From: Octopus vulgaris
Lineage: Eukaryota
Length of the DNA: 64,000 nucleotides
Direction of reading: 5' to 3'
NCBI GenBank assembly: GCA_951406725.2
Contig: OX597834.1
Span: forward strand, 8,804,001-8,868,000
Shown here: in pieces, positions 25,695-38,988 of the stretch
Layout of the letters: the number at the start of each line of letters is the position of its first letter
How positions within the stretch are numbered: the first letter of the stretch is position 1
Translations under genes and position numbers: made by a program
The notes under the pieces: model-generated
Seen by the model: the letters and a program-made list of their open reading frames with translations, nothing else
Told to the model about the DNA's origin: nothing
Databases searched by the model: none

Positions 25695-25697
<3 letters not shown>

Positions 25698-25862
25698 CTT
25701 CACAACAGGAGGTGCAGATGAGGGCAGCTGCATCAACCTCTCTCATGCACCAAATGTCAATTGCTAAAAAGCATTCGTGAAGTAAAATCATGTAGCAACA
25801 CCGAATGGCGGTGCCCCAGCATGGCCACAGCTCGTGAGCTGAAACTAGATAAAATAATAAAA
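25695..25862 (+). mobile_element. 3' end of a retroelement sharing its terminus with SINE A
   Basis: 'ggcggtgccccagcatggccacagctcgtgagctgaaactagataaaat' compared with SINE A 'ggcggtgctccagcatggccacagtcaaatgactgaaacaagtaaaag'. Upstream sequence is unrelated to SINE A. Confidence 0.6.
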
Positions 25863-26399
25863 TGATATATAGTTAGCTAGTTTTGTCTTTTGCCTGGAGT
25901 TCACAGATTTTAGTCTGTGAAGAGATTAAATACCCTGTTTTGTATATTATACAATCACATCGTTCCCTTTTGTGGGTAATTTACTACATCTAAGTCCTGT
26001 GTAAATGACGAAAGATGATTAAGATTTCTTGAATTTCCTTGTCTGACATTCATGAAGTAAAATATGAATAAGAACCATGCATGAATGACGCTAAGAGAAA
26101 TTGTTTCTTCAAGTCTTTAAGATGTGATATATTTTCAACATAGCTTTCGCATATGTTGTACTTTAACTGAAGATCAACTCTGAGCGGGAAAACGAGTAAT
26201 TAAATGTATTTCAGCTGCACGATATTCCGAGGAAGTGTTTTAAATCATCAGAATTTAATTAGACACATGTTTTAGATAAGGAATATTTCGTTACACTTTC
26301 TATCTAATTAAAGCTTTCCGAGTGTTCGTCACCATATATTTTACGTACGCGATTTCTTTCTTTCTTTTTCTCCTTCCTTTTCTCTCTCTCTCTCTCTCA

Positions 26400-26680
26400 T
26401 ACGACATCACGGGATCCAGTTTTACGGAACAGCCTGCTCGTTATATTAAACTGCATGTGGCTGAGCACTCCACAGGCACTCGTAATTTTAAAGTAGTTCC
26501 CATGGAGATTCCGCATGGCATAGAATGTCACAATTACAAGAACAGACCATTTTTGTTAGCTGAGGGGGCAATGTGAAATAAAGTATCTTGCTCAAAGATA
26601 CAACGCCGTCGCCGGAAATCGAACTCAGGGGCTTACAATTCGGGTGCCCATTATCCGAATCACGAAGCCATGCACCATCA
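26400..26680 (-). mobile_element. SINE family C, diverged copy
   Basis: 'ggctgagcactccacag...gtgaaataaagtatcttgctcaaagatacaacgccg...ggaaatcgaactca' matches 9030-9358. Confidence 0.75.
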
Positions 26681-26885
26681 CTCACACACACAAACGCACA
26701 GACATAATCACACACACAAACACATAAACACACAAACACATTATACATACACACACATATATATACACACATGTGTGTGTGCGTGCGTGCGTGTGTGTGT
26801 GCATACGCATATATAGGTCTTTGCACATAAAATGCATAAATCAATATCGTTATAAATATCTTACAACTATAACTATATTTAGATA

Positions 26886-26944
<59 letters not shown>

Positions 26945-27268
26945 ATACACACACACACATGTCGAATAAGAAACCTGGCAAGAAGATCAAATGTCTTTTT
27001 TTTTAGATACTATACATCATGCTACTTAGCATTTTTCCTAATAGGCACCTGCTTAAAATTATACGGTAGTGATATATACGAGAGGAATTCAAAAAGTCGG
27101 AGCTTTCAAATGTGTCGTGTAACACTTTGATCAGTGGTCAGTAGGACTCAGTAGATGCAAAAAACTATAAAGTATACAATTTCTTCCAAAGCAAAAAAAG
27201 TCTCCCTGAAAACATGATGAAAATGGAATGGGAGGTCATTTGTCAGCTCATTTACACCCCACGACAAG

Positions 27269-27640
27269 ATGAGTGCAAGAAGGAAGAGTTATTCCATGAA
27301 GTACAAGAAATGAATCGTGGAGGAATTACTGAGCAGTAATCTTAATGTTTTCTGCAACGAAAAGCATTCGGATCTCTGTATGGTTCGAAAAGTGCGAGCA
27401 GACTACGATAATCTCAGTCACCCAGTGGACGAGGGAAATGCAAAGAAACGCAAGTGTGGACCAGGTCGGTGACCACTTTACTCTAAGCTACAAGACGTCA
27501 TCTGTGAATGGGTTGCTGACAAGAGAGCAAAGACTTTGGTTGTTCGCAGGACTGATATTCATGCATTTACCCTTATAAATGCAACACAGTATGGTATACT
27601 TCCAGAAGTATTCAAAGCATCACAACAGTGGCTGGAATAT
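27269..27640 (+). pseudogene. pogo/Tigger-like transposase N-terminus (DNA-binding region and CENP-B-type HTH), decayed
   Basis: MSARRKSYSMKYKK*IVEE...DLCMVRK / RADYDNLSHPVDEGNAKKRKCGPGR*PLYSKLQDVICEWVADKRAKTLVVRRTDIHAF...FKASQQWL. Confidence 0.8.
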
Positions 27641-28499
27641 TACACTGATTCCATATAATCTTCCTTTTTAATGTTTTTAATTGACATATACACAACTTTT
27701 ACTTATTTTGGTTTTGAAATCATGTTTTTAAATTCTTATATTTTCTTTTTATACAACATAACAATATTGTTTATAAACTATCATCCATAGTGCCCCTCAA
27801 TGAAATTTCCTCTGTATTAAAATGTTAGGCTTCGTACCGCCTTGCCCCTTTAACTGGTAATTAAAATCATGATTTAATGTCTACCCCTACCCTGCCTCAT
27901 TTTATAGACAATTACTTATATCCACCTGACTAATCCTAGTGTTCTATTTCCTCCTTGGGGAAAGGAGATACATATGGTATTATTTATGACCATACCTAGG
28001 CATGATCTGTCAACTCACTCTTGTCCTTTATTCAAAATAGAAACAGTATTGTAGTCTTAGATTTAGTAGTTGATAAAGAGATAAATGAATTAGAAATAAA
28101 TTATAATCCTTTACAAACCTATGACTTCACTGCGCTCCATGCGATTCTTAGAAGTAGTACTCTATTCTTAGCTACAATAGCGACAACAGGAATTTCTTCC
28201 ATCTTGCTCTGTTGAAATATTTGAGAAATATTCTATTAAAATGTCCTACTTGTTAAAATTCCATTTATTTGTGCAGATGAAGATGGCCCTGCATTGAAAT
28301 TGATGTAATGATTGCATTGTTCACTTAAATAGGGCTGCTTTGAAAGGGTCATATTGCATCACTACTTGATATCCTGTTGCATATTTCGATTTTATTCACC
28401 GAACTTCGGGACGTGCGGATAATAACGGACTGACATGGTGCTTCAACATAAGTACCTAATTCAACTGAATCTCGTATAATTTTTAACTCGTCCACCAAA

Positions 28500-28554
<55 letters not shown>

Positions 28555-28561
28555 TCCTTGT

Positions 28562-28644
28562 TTTTCCCGATGAGAAGGCGGCATAATGCACCCCTTATTC
28601 CTTCGAAATTAGGAATATGCAGCCTTCGAAACATATGTCGAGAA
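28562..28644 (+). ncRNA. Type I hammerhead motif with CCGATGA (U4C) core; paralogue of 25511
   Basis: ttttc CCGATGA gaaggcggcata...tatgcagccttc GAAA catatg TC gagaa. The downstream 'aatc[g/t]tcgttcaactccatt' is shared with the 25511 copy. Confidence 0.75.
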
Positions 28645-29373
28645 TAAAGGAATTTTGTTAAATCGTCGTTCAACTCCATTCTTTCATTTATTTGTATTAA
28701 AAAAACACACAAATTTCCACACGAAAGCACGTGATCTCTGCCCTTGGCATGTAGCTTCAACCGTGTTTTTCTGACGTAAATTTGCTACCCAGGTATCGGT
28801 TAACCGAATTATCCATTCTAAGATAATTCATTCAACTACTTATATATACATATATATATGATTGGACGATTGCTAATAAATGATCACGATAACAAGTGGA
28901 ACGTTTGCATATCATATAATGTCAACTACGATTTTTAATTGCGCAAGAACTTACAAGTTGTAGGTTAGAGATCGGCTACTTAAGCACAATTGGGACGAGA
29001 CACAACGAAATTTTTAAAATTCGTTTCTCTCTGTGGAGACATTATTCTCTACACGTCGTCTAGCAACAATTTACGCAGGCTGCACAAAAGGACAATTCAG
29101 ATCCTTAGGTGGTGAAGGCTAACGGAGTCAGCTCCCATATTTAATGGGATCAGTAGAGAACTCCAGACGAACCAAACTTACTCATCTCAGACTTAGCATA
29201 ATGTTGCAATACACTGGTCGTATGTGTAACACTTAGTTCTCAACGATAAAGATAGAACTCTCTGTTCCAAAATGTATGTATATACGTATGTATTTATGTA
29301 TGTGTAGATGAGTTAGACTTTAGAATTCATCAGAGAAGCGACACACAAAATGAAATGGTTTACTACACGTAAT

Positions 29374-29443
29374 GCAGGGTGTATGGAAAAAAATGTGCAT
29401 TTTGAAGCAGGGTGTATGGAAAAAAATGTGCCTTTTGAAGCAG
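29374..29443. repeat. 33-bp tandem duplication
   Basis: gcagggtgtatggaaaaaaatgtgc[a/c]ttttgaa present twice. Confidence 0.9.
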
Positions 29444-29999
29444 AATATGATGTCATAGGAAAGATCACACAATGATATTGTAATATCTACTGCAAGAGGC
29501 GCCCGTTATCGATTACGATAGGTGTGCAAAAGAGTGTAAAATACCTAAAAGGATTGACTGCTACACCAAGCTGCTCATAAACAAGCAATCGATGGCATGG
29601 CATAAAATCCAATTGCAATCATCATATATAAATACCTACACATTATAAACAGAAACATAGAAACACATACGCAGACATATAAACACATTCGTTACATATA
29701 TAATGTTAGATAGATAAATAGATGAGCTGAGGTAGATAGAGAGATAAATAGATAGATATGTAGATGAAAGGAATGCAGTCCTTGCGTTGTACAGTACCAA
29801 CCTGAGATTGGTAGAATCGATAACTTTATTTTATTGAATATATATTTCGCTCAAGGCATCATTGGAAAGTTCAGGACCGCTTAGTGTCATGCAGTTTCAA
29901 ATACTAGCGTGACAAGTCTCACCCCTACCAGTGTTAACTATATGATGCTGTGAGACAGAATATTCCAATACTCGTAAAGTTTATAAGTATGTATGTATG

Positions 30000-30044
<45 letters not shown>

Positions 30045-30045
30045 G

Positions 30046-30089
<44 letters not shown>

Positions 30090-30717
30090 GTGAGAACTAT
30101 AAATTTATTCGGTCAGAGATGTCAGCGAGAAAGAGAATTATTACTTCTATTTACAAACTTAGAGTGTGTATAAATAGCATTATCTTCTAGATAATACATT
30201 AACGAACATCGGACAATTGCCTTCCACGCTTTATGGATACAAAATGTTTGGTATGTCCGATCATGCGATAAATTGATAAAGCTGACCTCGTGCCGTTTGC
30301 AAATTTGTGAAAGTAGGAATGGCACATCTAGAAATGTGAGAAAATATATAGACTAACACTTACTGTAGTAGTCACTAGATATATAAGTGATATGCGTTTC
30401 TGTGTGAATAGGAAAATAAACAGAACTGAAACAAATGAAATGTGTGTTTCATGCTGTTGCTATGCTCATAATAATGTCATTTCGGGGTATGATGAAATAT
30501 TTTATTCCTTATTTAGTAATAGCAATTATTTCAAAGAAGAAATTTAAACGAATGATAGATAACACAGCTGGGTCTTGAAAGTTTCTTAATTTTGTATAAT
30601 TCAGAACGCAGTTAATTTAATTGTAACTTTTTTAGTTATATAATCTCACAGATTGCTAAATTAGTAGTTTCCCAACGGTTCAAGTCCCGCAAACGGTATT
30701 CAGCTTGCATGGAGATA

Positions 30718-31113
30718 TCTTTATATATAAAAGAGAGGTTGTCTGTCTGTCTGTCTCCTACGATTTAGATTCCTAACTACTCCCACATTTTGCGGTGCAG
30801 TTTAACCAAAACCGGGTATCTTATAGTCGTAATTCATATCGAGCCCTTCTGGGTATTAGCGCGCGTCTACGATGAGTCTACGATTTAAAAAAAATTACCA
30901 TCAATTTTTCCCATTTTTAATGCATTTTTGGCATATATATGGGAAGTAACTCTCTAAAAATGTATTATTAAGTCTCAGAACTTAAAAAGCTACAGTAATC
31001 CCCCCCCCTTTGTGGTTAGCCATATTGAGATGGTTATTATACTTTACATCTCTAAAAATGCTTATATAGTTATTTCCCTTACAAACCCGAGCAACGCCGG
31101 GCGATACTGCTAG
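30718..31113 (+). mobile_element. Non-autonomous Helitron
   Basis: 5' TC (a|TCTTTATATATAAAA) followed by (TGTC)n; subterminal hairpin cccgagcaacgccggg; 3' CTAG|t. Inserted between A and T with no TSD. Confidence 0.88.
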
Positions 31114-31334
31114 TAATGTATAAATATGATTTTCTTGCCCTTCTAGCGTTTTGGATATAAACATTTATATAGGATGCATTGGGATGGCACTGAGAAAATG
31201 ATTTCTAATATACAAGGCCATCATTCTTTAAGGGAAGGGATTAGTCAACACTATCGATTCTAGTACAGGACTGACACTTCATTTTATCAATCCACAAGTG
31301 TCTAAAACATATCTTTCTACCTGCATTCAAAGTG

Positions 31335-31525
31335 ATTGATTTCGAATTTGGAAAAAGGGCCAGAAATTTCCGGAGGGGACTAAGTCGATAACACCAACCC
31401 CAGTACTTAATTATCGACCCCGAAAAGATGAAAGGCAAAGTCGACTTCTGCAGTATAAGAACTCAGAACGTAAAAATGGATGAAATGCCCGGTGTGCTAA
31501 CGATTCTGCCAGCTCAGCGCCTTGC
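31335..31525 (-). mobile_element. SINE family B-related copy, diverged
   Basis: 'atcgaccccgaaaagatgaaaggcaaagtcgac...aactcagaacgta...gctaacgattctgccagctc'. Confidence 0.8.
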
Positions 31526-31639
31526 CTTCACTCCAAGAGATTCTACTATTAGTTATAAGTTAGAAATTAATGGTGTAATTTCAGCATAAAGAAAGTATAA
31601 TTTCTGATGGGCAAAACTCGGACAAATTTAAGATTATGC

Positions 31640-31790
31640 CGTTGTACCATGCAGTTGCGGATGGTATCCAAGAAATCAAGAGAGACTACTCGGAAGCCCT
31701 TAAAACGATGGGATAACATCACAGCCAAGCAATACTGTTCGAAATGGAAGAGAAGTGCGCAACGAATGAGAAATTAGAATGCCTCCGTGA
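31640..31790 (+). pseudogene. RTE-clade LINE C-terminal remnant
   Basis: WYPRNQERLLGSP / KRWDNI..KWKRSAQ resembles the RTE C-terminal pattern WYPRxxKRxxGRPxxRWxD..WxRxAQ. Confidence 0.55.
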
Positions 31791-32799
31791 TCACTTGTGT
31801 AAAACGATATCTGATTGCCTCGTCAGAATTGGTCCACTGATTGTTCCGCTCTGACCGTGTAGAGATATTAAAAAGCTTTTCCATACGGTTTCTGTTTGAG
31901 GTATAATGAAATACCGAACTAATTCGTCTTCTCTAAATCTGTTTCATTCACGACTTCAGCAAGCTAGAACTGTTTCATTACAATTTGGCCATACGAAGTA
32001 GATTGATACTTGTATCGGCAGATATATATCTTCACCAGAACCTCAGGAATACAGCTTACATTTAAATAGTTATTCGATTTCCATATTTTATATTGAGACT
32101 AGAATGCATCTTGGTTCAGCACACCTAGAGCCAACGAACAGAAATCCCTTAAACAGCAAGGACGGTAATGTCAAAAACAAGTAGGAAGACTTCCTTATGG
32201 GTAATCACACAGAAAATTTCAGCTTAATTTACCTGAAAGTTTTCACTCTGACTTCCCACATATCTATTTGTAGCAGTGGAAAAATATGACATATGTCATG
32301 ATTACCATACACATGTTATAGAGAAATATACAATATGTAACAGTTAAACATTTTGAATTGCACATAACTACAAAGAACTGATTTTAATATTAATTTTTGT
32401 CCGGTTAACTGAATCTAAATACAGGTCAAAATAAATTTAATCTCTAGCTATACAGTCACAGATTAACTTTACTTCATCTTTATATTGGACAATAATTTGC
32501 ATAATATTTTATGATATACTGTTATTTATATGAACCGTTATAATTTTAACGAGGCATAAAGTCTTCCAGATTAACCTCCTTTCTATTGATATCTAAATGT
32601 AATTGTTGAAATATTATGTATAATAAAGAAATTTCTACTCGGGACAGACGACAGCGTATTCAAAAGTTCGAAACCAGTCAACCCACCTCGAGTGAATGCT
32701 GTCTCAAGATCTAGAAGAGGCGACTTGCAGGTATTGATGCTAGAAATGTCAAATCGTGCATGAATGAATATCAACACATCCTATTAATAACTGCATCGT

Positions 32800-33924
32800 T
32801 TCCTTTCAAGAAAACTGCTGTCTGACGGATCAATGAAGACTTCAGGTGTAACTATTAGTGGCTTCTTTTGAAAATGGACACAATTTGACATCGTTGTGTT
32901 ATCAGGTACCTGCAGAAAAACGACTTAATTCCAAAGGGGATTCATGCTGATATGGTTGCTTCGTTAAGGAATGATACTCCAGCTTTATCAACAGTGCTAA
33001 AGCGAGCAGCTGAGTGTAAGAGGGCGAATGCGGAGTTTTGAATATGATGGAAGGTCTGCATGTCCTGCAACTGCCATCACCGAGAACATTGATGATGTTG
33101 ACATGGTTATAGTTGGCAGGTAGCCAATGGTGTTAGCATATTCCTTGAGAGAGTTGAGAATATTCTACACGATGAACTTGGCATAACGAAGGTTTCTGCT
33201 CCGTGGTAGCCATCTCTTCTGATGCTTCTGATACTTCCTCAAAAGCGCCACAAGCTGATAACATCGCGGGAAAATCTGACAGAAGTTAGAAGAATAACTA
33301 GCTGCTTTCCTTGTACCTTTCCCAACTTAGGACGTTGGCTTCATCGCTCTGAGCCAGAAGCAAAAACAATCCAAATCCATGCTGTAGAAACATCTCCCCC
33401 ACCCGCCCCAAATAAGGCCAATGTTGCCACATCTGCTGGTCAGAGGGCGACCTGTTTAGACGCAAGATGTATTCTGTTTATTTGACATTCTTGAAAAGGG
33501 TCACGCCATCAATGGAGAGTACTATGCCAATTTGCTGAAGCTATCACGCAAGCCTATCAAGACCCCCAAACACCCAAGAAAATTGGCGAAAATGTTCTTC
33601 TTTCAAGAAGACAATGCTCCAGTACACAAGTTCTTGGTTTCAATGGCTTCTGTGCGTGATTGAGGTCTGAACTGTTTGATCTCCCTTCCTATTGTCCTGA
33701 TTTGTTCCCAACTGACAATCATCTGTCCTTCAACTTGATAATATTACTAGGCGGGGAACCAATGTTGCAGTTAGAATGAGCTTCTTTACCAAAGAGATCT
33801 CAGCATTGCAACACCGACGGAAGAATTGCATAAACCGCAAGGGAGAATATATTGAAAAATAGACTTCATTTAATCTCCTTCCATGAACCTATCTTAGCAT
33901 ATGAACTTTTCAGCTGACTCGTAA
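32800..33924 (+). mobile_element. Near full-length decayed mariner element
   Basis: From ATG ~32874: MDTI*HRCVIRYL..IHADMV..PALSTV, ILHDELGITKVSAPW*P (WVP motif), TWLHRSEPE, FQEDNAPVH, SYCPDLFPTD and CINRKGEYIEK*. TIR-like end 'gaacttttcagctgactcgta'. The left boundary is uncertain. Confidence 0.85.
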
Positions 33925-34439
33925 TAGCAGCTTTCCATGAAATGTGTTCAATACATATTTCTGTATCTGATCTCTCGAAATCCGTTTTTAAGCCAAGGAA
34001 CCCAAAAGATTTATCCAAGTGATAAAACTCATTCACAAATACAATTTATTTTCGCGTAAATAAATTGACAGCTAAAAACAAAGGAAGAGGTGTGTTATTA
34101 CTTATGAAGAGTTCAAATAAATCGCGAAACACTTCTGTTTTTCTCCTGTGAACACGTAAAGCTATAAACGAATATGTGGTTAGCAAACGTTAATCTTTTC
34201 GATACAGTAGATAAGAATTAATGCGAAAAGTATTATTGACTCAACACAAAGGTCCTTCAGTTTTTCCTGCAAAACAATTCCAATTTAATAATCAGAACGA
34301 CACATTATCATATGTACAAATAAAAGGGCATATTTATACCTTATCGGTACTTGTATAACTATTTTTGTCTGAAGACCGTCCTGCAGTAGGAAAGAAGGAA
34401 AGTAGATATTTTTGAATTAGCTTTTCACATCACTTTTTC

Positions 34440-34686
34440 ACCACGTCTCCTATCCATCGTCCGTTTTTCTGTCCTTGTTTCGTATACATTCAATCCTTTT
34501 TCCAAGAAATCTAATGTTCGTAGCTTAGTTTTTCTTGGGGGCTGGCCAGATCGGAGCAATCTCAAGATTAATCAGCCGAAATTGCGAGGATGATCCGGTT
34601 CTTGACTGAAGATTAGAGGCTTCGAATGACCCGTCTGTGTTTTTTGTATCGTCTATTTGAATGTTTTCCGTTCTTGTCCCATTTTG

Positions 34687-34690
<4 letters not shown>
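34440..34690 (+). repeat. Interspersed (TA)n-associated repeat, same family as 46230-46460 (-); possibly Penelope-related
   Basis: 'ggctggccagatcggagcaatctcaagattaatcagccgaaattgc' is the reverse complement of 46326-46372. Confidence 0.7.
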
Positions 34691-34724
<34 letters not shown>

Positions 34725-34935
34725 AATAATAAAGGGTAAAATCAATTAATTATTAATTAATTTCACCAAGTAGTGCTAGTTATAAAAGGACCATTCAAGC
34801 AAAATATTACGTTATATAATTAGGGCTCATAAAATATGTTTTGCCACATACTGTTTTTAAAAATAGCAGCCAGAAAGTTTTTTTAGTTTCTACTACTTTA
34901 AGAGAAGTCACCCAGATAGTGTTTACTCAAAAATA

Positions 34936-34995
<60 letters not shown>

Positions 34996-36679
34996 TCGAC
35001 TTGTATGAGATCTGTATACGCATATAGAAATGCACAGCAGTATTTAATTCTGCGCAATTATCTCCCCAAGTTCATTTATCACCCGTGCCCTTTGAAAATG
35101 ATAATATTACACCGGACATACAGTTTGGAGTGCTATAAACGAATATGCAAACTTAAAACCACTTCAACCCGATGCACCAACTTTAGAGTGGTTCAAAGAC
35201 TGAAACCAATAAAAGGAAAGAATATACGTAAATAAAACATTTGCTAAGACAGAATAAAACAATGACCATATTTCAAATAAATTAATGAAACTCTCTAATT
35301 CTGCAGCAGAGGCAATGCGCTTAAAACTTAGAATTGTAATATATTGTAATTCTTTGAGAACATTTGTTATATAACCTTCTCCAGCTTCTTACCTATCATA
35401 CATTACTAAACATGTATTCATCTGTTTATTTGTTTCTCAATGAATTCAGCTGTATCTTCTAGTTTACTAAATACTAACAATAAAATCATTTGATTAATCG
35501 TTTTACTGCGTCGACCAGCTTCAGTATAATGAGCTGAATGTACAAATAAGTCGAGCAAGCTTTAATCCGGCCAGTTTTCCTTGTTGTATTATTTTTGTAA
35601 TGTTTTATTTATAATTTGTTTCTTATTTTTGTGGGGGTTTTCTTTATAATTTAATGTGTTGCGGTTTCGATCTTTTGATAGTAATTTTTTCTTCGTTTAT
35701 TTTCCGTTTTTTTTTTCTTTAAAGAAAATATATTTTTGCTTTGCAATCTAATATAGATTTTCACACCATTTTTTTTTTTTTTTTTCAAGAAGAAAATATT
35801 TTATTTATTCATCTTTATGTATTTATTCACGTTTGGCTGTTGTTATTCTTGTTGTTGCAGCGATTGTCAAACGCTCGTAAAGACAGTAGCTAACCAACGT
35901 CATAAATAGTCTCTTCACGTAATCACTTTTTTTTCCTGTTCATGGCTAATGTCGCTATAAAACAATTATCCTTGTTGCTAATAACAAACCTAAAACAAAG
36001 CAAAAAACAGGATAATAAATGCTAAAACAACTGCAGCGCTATCATCAGCAGCAGTAAAAGCTCTAAGATACTGTGTCTGCTTTTGTCTTTAATATGTTTT
36101 CTTCTCTCACTTCCCCCCTCTCAGTGTCTCTCTATCTCTTTAAATCCCTTTCTCTGCGACTCACTCTACACTTTGCATATTCTCTCATTTTCTCCAAACA
36201 CTTTCTTGTAAAAATCTCTCTCATGAAAAATAAAAAAAATAAAAAACAGAAGACAAAACAAGACAAAGAAACAATCGATGCTTCTTTTGTGGTCGTTTCT
36301 ATAATATTCAAATGTTTTCACACAGAAAATCATAACCTTAAATAAATAAATAAATAAAAATACGCTGATCGATAATAATTATCGATCACTTAGGCTCGTG
36401 GACGTTTTCTCTAGGGAAATGGATAAACCACTTGGATCGACCTCAGACTAATATTCGTTCTTTTGATAAAAGACCCCAAAGATATGAAAGCAGCTGTTCA
36501 ACCTGCAGGGAATGGTATTCAGAATGTGGTGTTGCGAAAGCAAGATACTCTAAAATCACCCAGCGGTTTCTCACCTGAATAGGTGAAAAGATAAAAAAAC
36601 TTCAATACAATGTATAGGAATGGTTTTGTTTTTTGTCTTTTGACACAAGGAAACACACACACACATAATGTTCAGACAT

Positions 36680-37088
36680 TATATAGATAGATAGAGAGAG
36701 AGAGAGAGACATAGATAGACAGACAGATAGATAGATAGACAGACAGGCAGACAGATAAATAGATAGAAAGATAGATAGATAGCCAGACAGACAGATAGAT
36801 AGCCAGGCAGACATACAGATAGATAGATAGATAGACATACAGATAGACAGGCAGACAGATAGATAGATAGATAGATAGATAGACAGGCAGACAGATAGAT
36901 AGATAGATAGACAGGCAGACAGATAGATAGATAGATAGACAGGCAGACAGGCAGACAGATAGATAGATAGATAGACAGGCAGACAGGCAGACAGATAGAT
37001 AGATAGATAGACAGATAGATAGATAGATAGACAGGCAGACAGATAGATAGATAGACAGGCAGATAGATAGATAGATAGACAGGCAGAC

Positions 37089-37122
<34 letters not shown>

Positions 37123-37128
37123 GCAGGC

Positions 37129-37162
<34 letters not shown>
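36680..37162. repeat. (GATA/GACA/GGCA)n microsatellite
   Basis: Seen directly. Confidence 0.95.
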
Positions 37163-37164
37163 GT

Positions 37165-37270
37165 ATATATGTTTCTTAATTAACCACACAGGGCCATTAT
37201 TAGCTATTTATTAGCCAAAGACGGGACAAATTACAAAGTATAGCTTTCCTTTTGGGGAAGAAAAAAAAGA
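37165..37270 (-). mobile_element. (TATC)n-associated retroelement tail
   Basis: Reverse complement reads 'aaagctatactttgtaatttgtccc...gccctgtgtggttaattaagaaacatat' followed by (TATC)n, like 6155-6216. GATA units occur on both sides. Confidence 0.65.
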
Positions 37271-38988
37271 TCGATCGATAGATAGATACGTTGATTGCTC
37301 TAGTTTTGTACCTGTAACGTTCGTATCGTTACGAACCAGACAAATCTACATCGAGAAGGCCTTTGGCGAAAGAAATTCCAGCCATTACCATTCCAAGAAT
37401 ACAGTGTATCTTGGGTCGCAACGACTTAGTGTCTGCGCTTTGCGAGAGACTGCCTTAAAACTTGTCAAATTGTCTTACTATTACTAACAGGTCGAATAAC
37501 TGCATTCAGACACCCATGGGACGATGAAAGATAAATAGAGCTGACGTGATATGAACTCACTTTATCTTGACAGAGAGCATGAATAAATAAATGTAATCTA
37601 TTTTAATTCAGAAGCTCAAATGTCTTTGCCGCTCTCGCCAATCTGAGAAAAATCAATAAAATATTCTCATTTCATTTTGATAGTTTTTTTTTGTAGCTTT
37701 TGCTAGGTTTGTGTTTATTTTTGTTTCAGGGGTCTGTTTTGTTGTTGTTGTAGTTGTTGTCTTTTTATAGTTTTTTTTTGTTTTTGTTTGGAATAAAATA
37801 TTTATTTCCACGTCAAACAAAACCGAAATCAAACCATACAAATAACTATCGATAGGAGCGTGTAAGAAGATGAAGTAGAACATGTAGTGTATGCATAGCA
37901 AAGATTTTTCCCATTGAATAAAGCAGAGATTTTTATGTACTGAAAACAATGGGCTGAAGAGAAAGAAACAAAATTAGCATCATCATTATCATCATCTTCT
38001 TCATCATAATCGCCATCATGAGCAACAACAATAAAATTCAGGGTACCTAAATAAATAATAAATAGATATACAAAAAAAGTTCTGTAAAATTTCATTGAAT
38101 GTGAAGACAGTTGTGGTTTGTGAATGCTGTACAGATTTGTATTTATGTTTGTATGTATGTGTGTATTTATTTATGTATATGAGCGTGGGTGTTTGTATGC
38201 AAGTATCAATGTATGTATGTATGTGCGTAGGTATGCACGTAAGGGTGAGGAGTATCCTGGTTGTATTTGTGCGTGGTTGTCTTTGTATTTGTCTATATAT
38301 TTTCCGAAATCGTTTTTGAATTGAGTAGTGGTGATGGTCGTGGTTGTGATGCGGTTAAGCGATTGTTGTACATTTAGTCTCAGTGGTGGAGCTTTTAATG
38401 GCGGTGACAGTTGTTGTTGATTTAGTATGTCTATTAGTTGTATGTAATAGCATTTTGTGGATGCTTCTCTTGCATTTAAGCGTTAACAATGCCAACATCA
38501 GTGATAATAGCAATGCTGTATACGCAATACTCTTTTATATCTGATAATTCCCGTCGAGGCTGAAGTCAAGAAAACGTAAATTCATACCGCATTACCTCTC
38601 AATAACATTTATCGTCTCCTGAGCATCGTAATTCGGTCACTCAACCAGTTTAGAACTAATAACCAAATATCTCTCAAATTTTAACGTAGTATAATGAAAA
38701 GCGAAAACGGAAGAATTTGTTCCACCTAACATTGTAGGGCTTTCAAATATTTCCAGCTGAGACCATCACGGCTGTTTTCTGTATTCCTTCTATATGAGGG
38801 AATTCCATGCCTCATTTGACCTTTGATTTTGAGTGTACGACTAGATATGAAGAAAATCTAGTTGCTATATAATTTAGACTCCGTCCTATACGATGGTCTT
38901 TAGTTCTTCCGCGAGAGTGGTTTCGTCAAAACGGTTTGTGTTTTCACTATTGCTGAAGGCAATGCTTCGTTATTAGATTATCCGGAGA

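Noticed and set aside
27077-27100. Mariner-like TIR 'tacgagaggaattcaaaaagt' upstream of the pogo remnant
   Set aside because: No partner TIR found, and it does not obviously belong to the pogo fragment.
28275-28358. Hammerhead-like 'atgaagatggccctg...agggctgctttgaaagggtc'
   Set aside because: Core altered, extra bases before GAAA and no clear stem III; at best a relic.
34535-34635. Possible HHR in the 34440/46230 repeat (ggctgg...cagccGAAAttgc; ctgaaga...cgaatgac)
   Set aside because: The two core halves could not be assembled into one three-stem junction.
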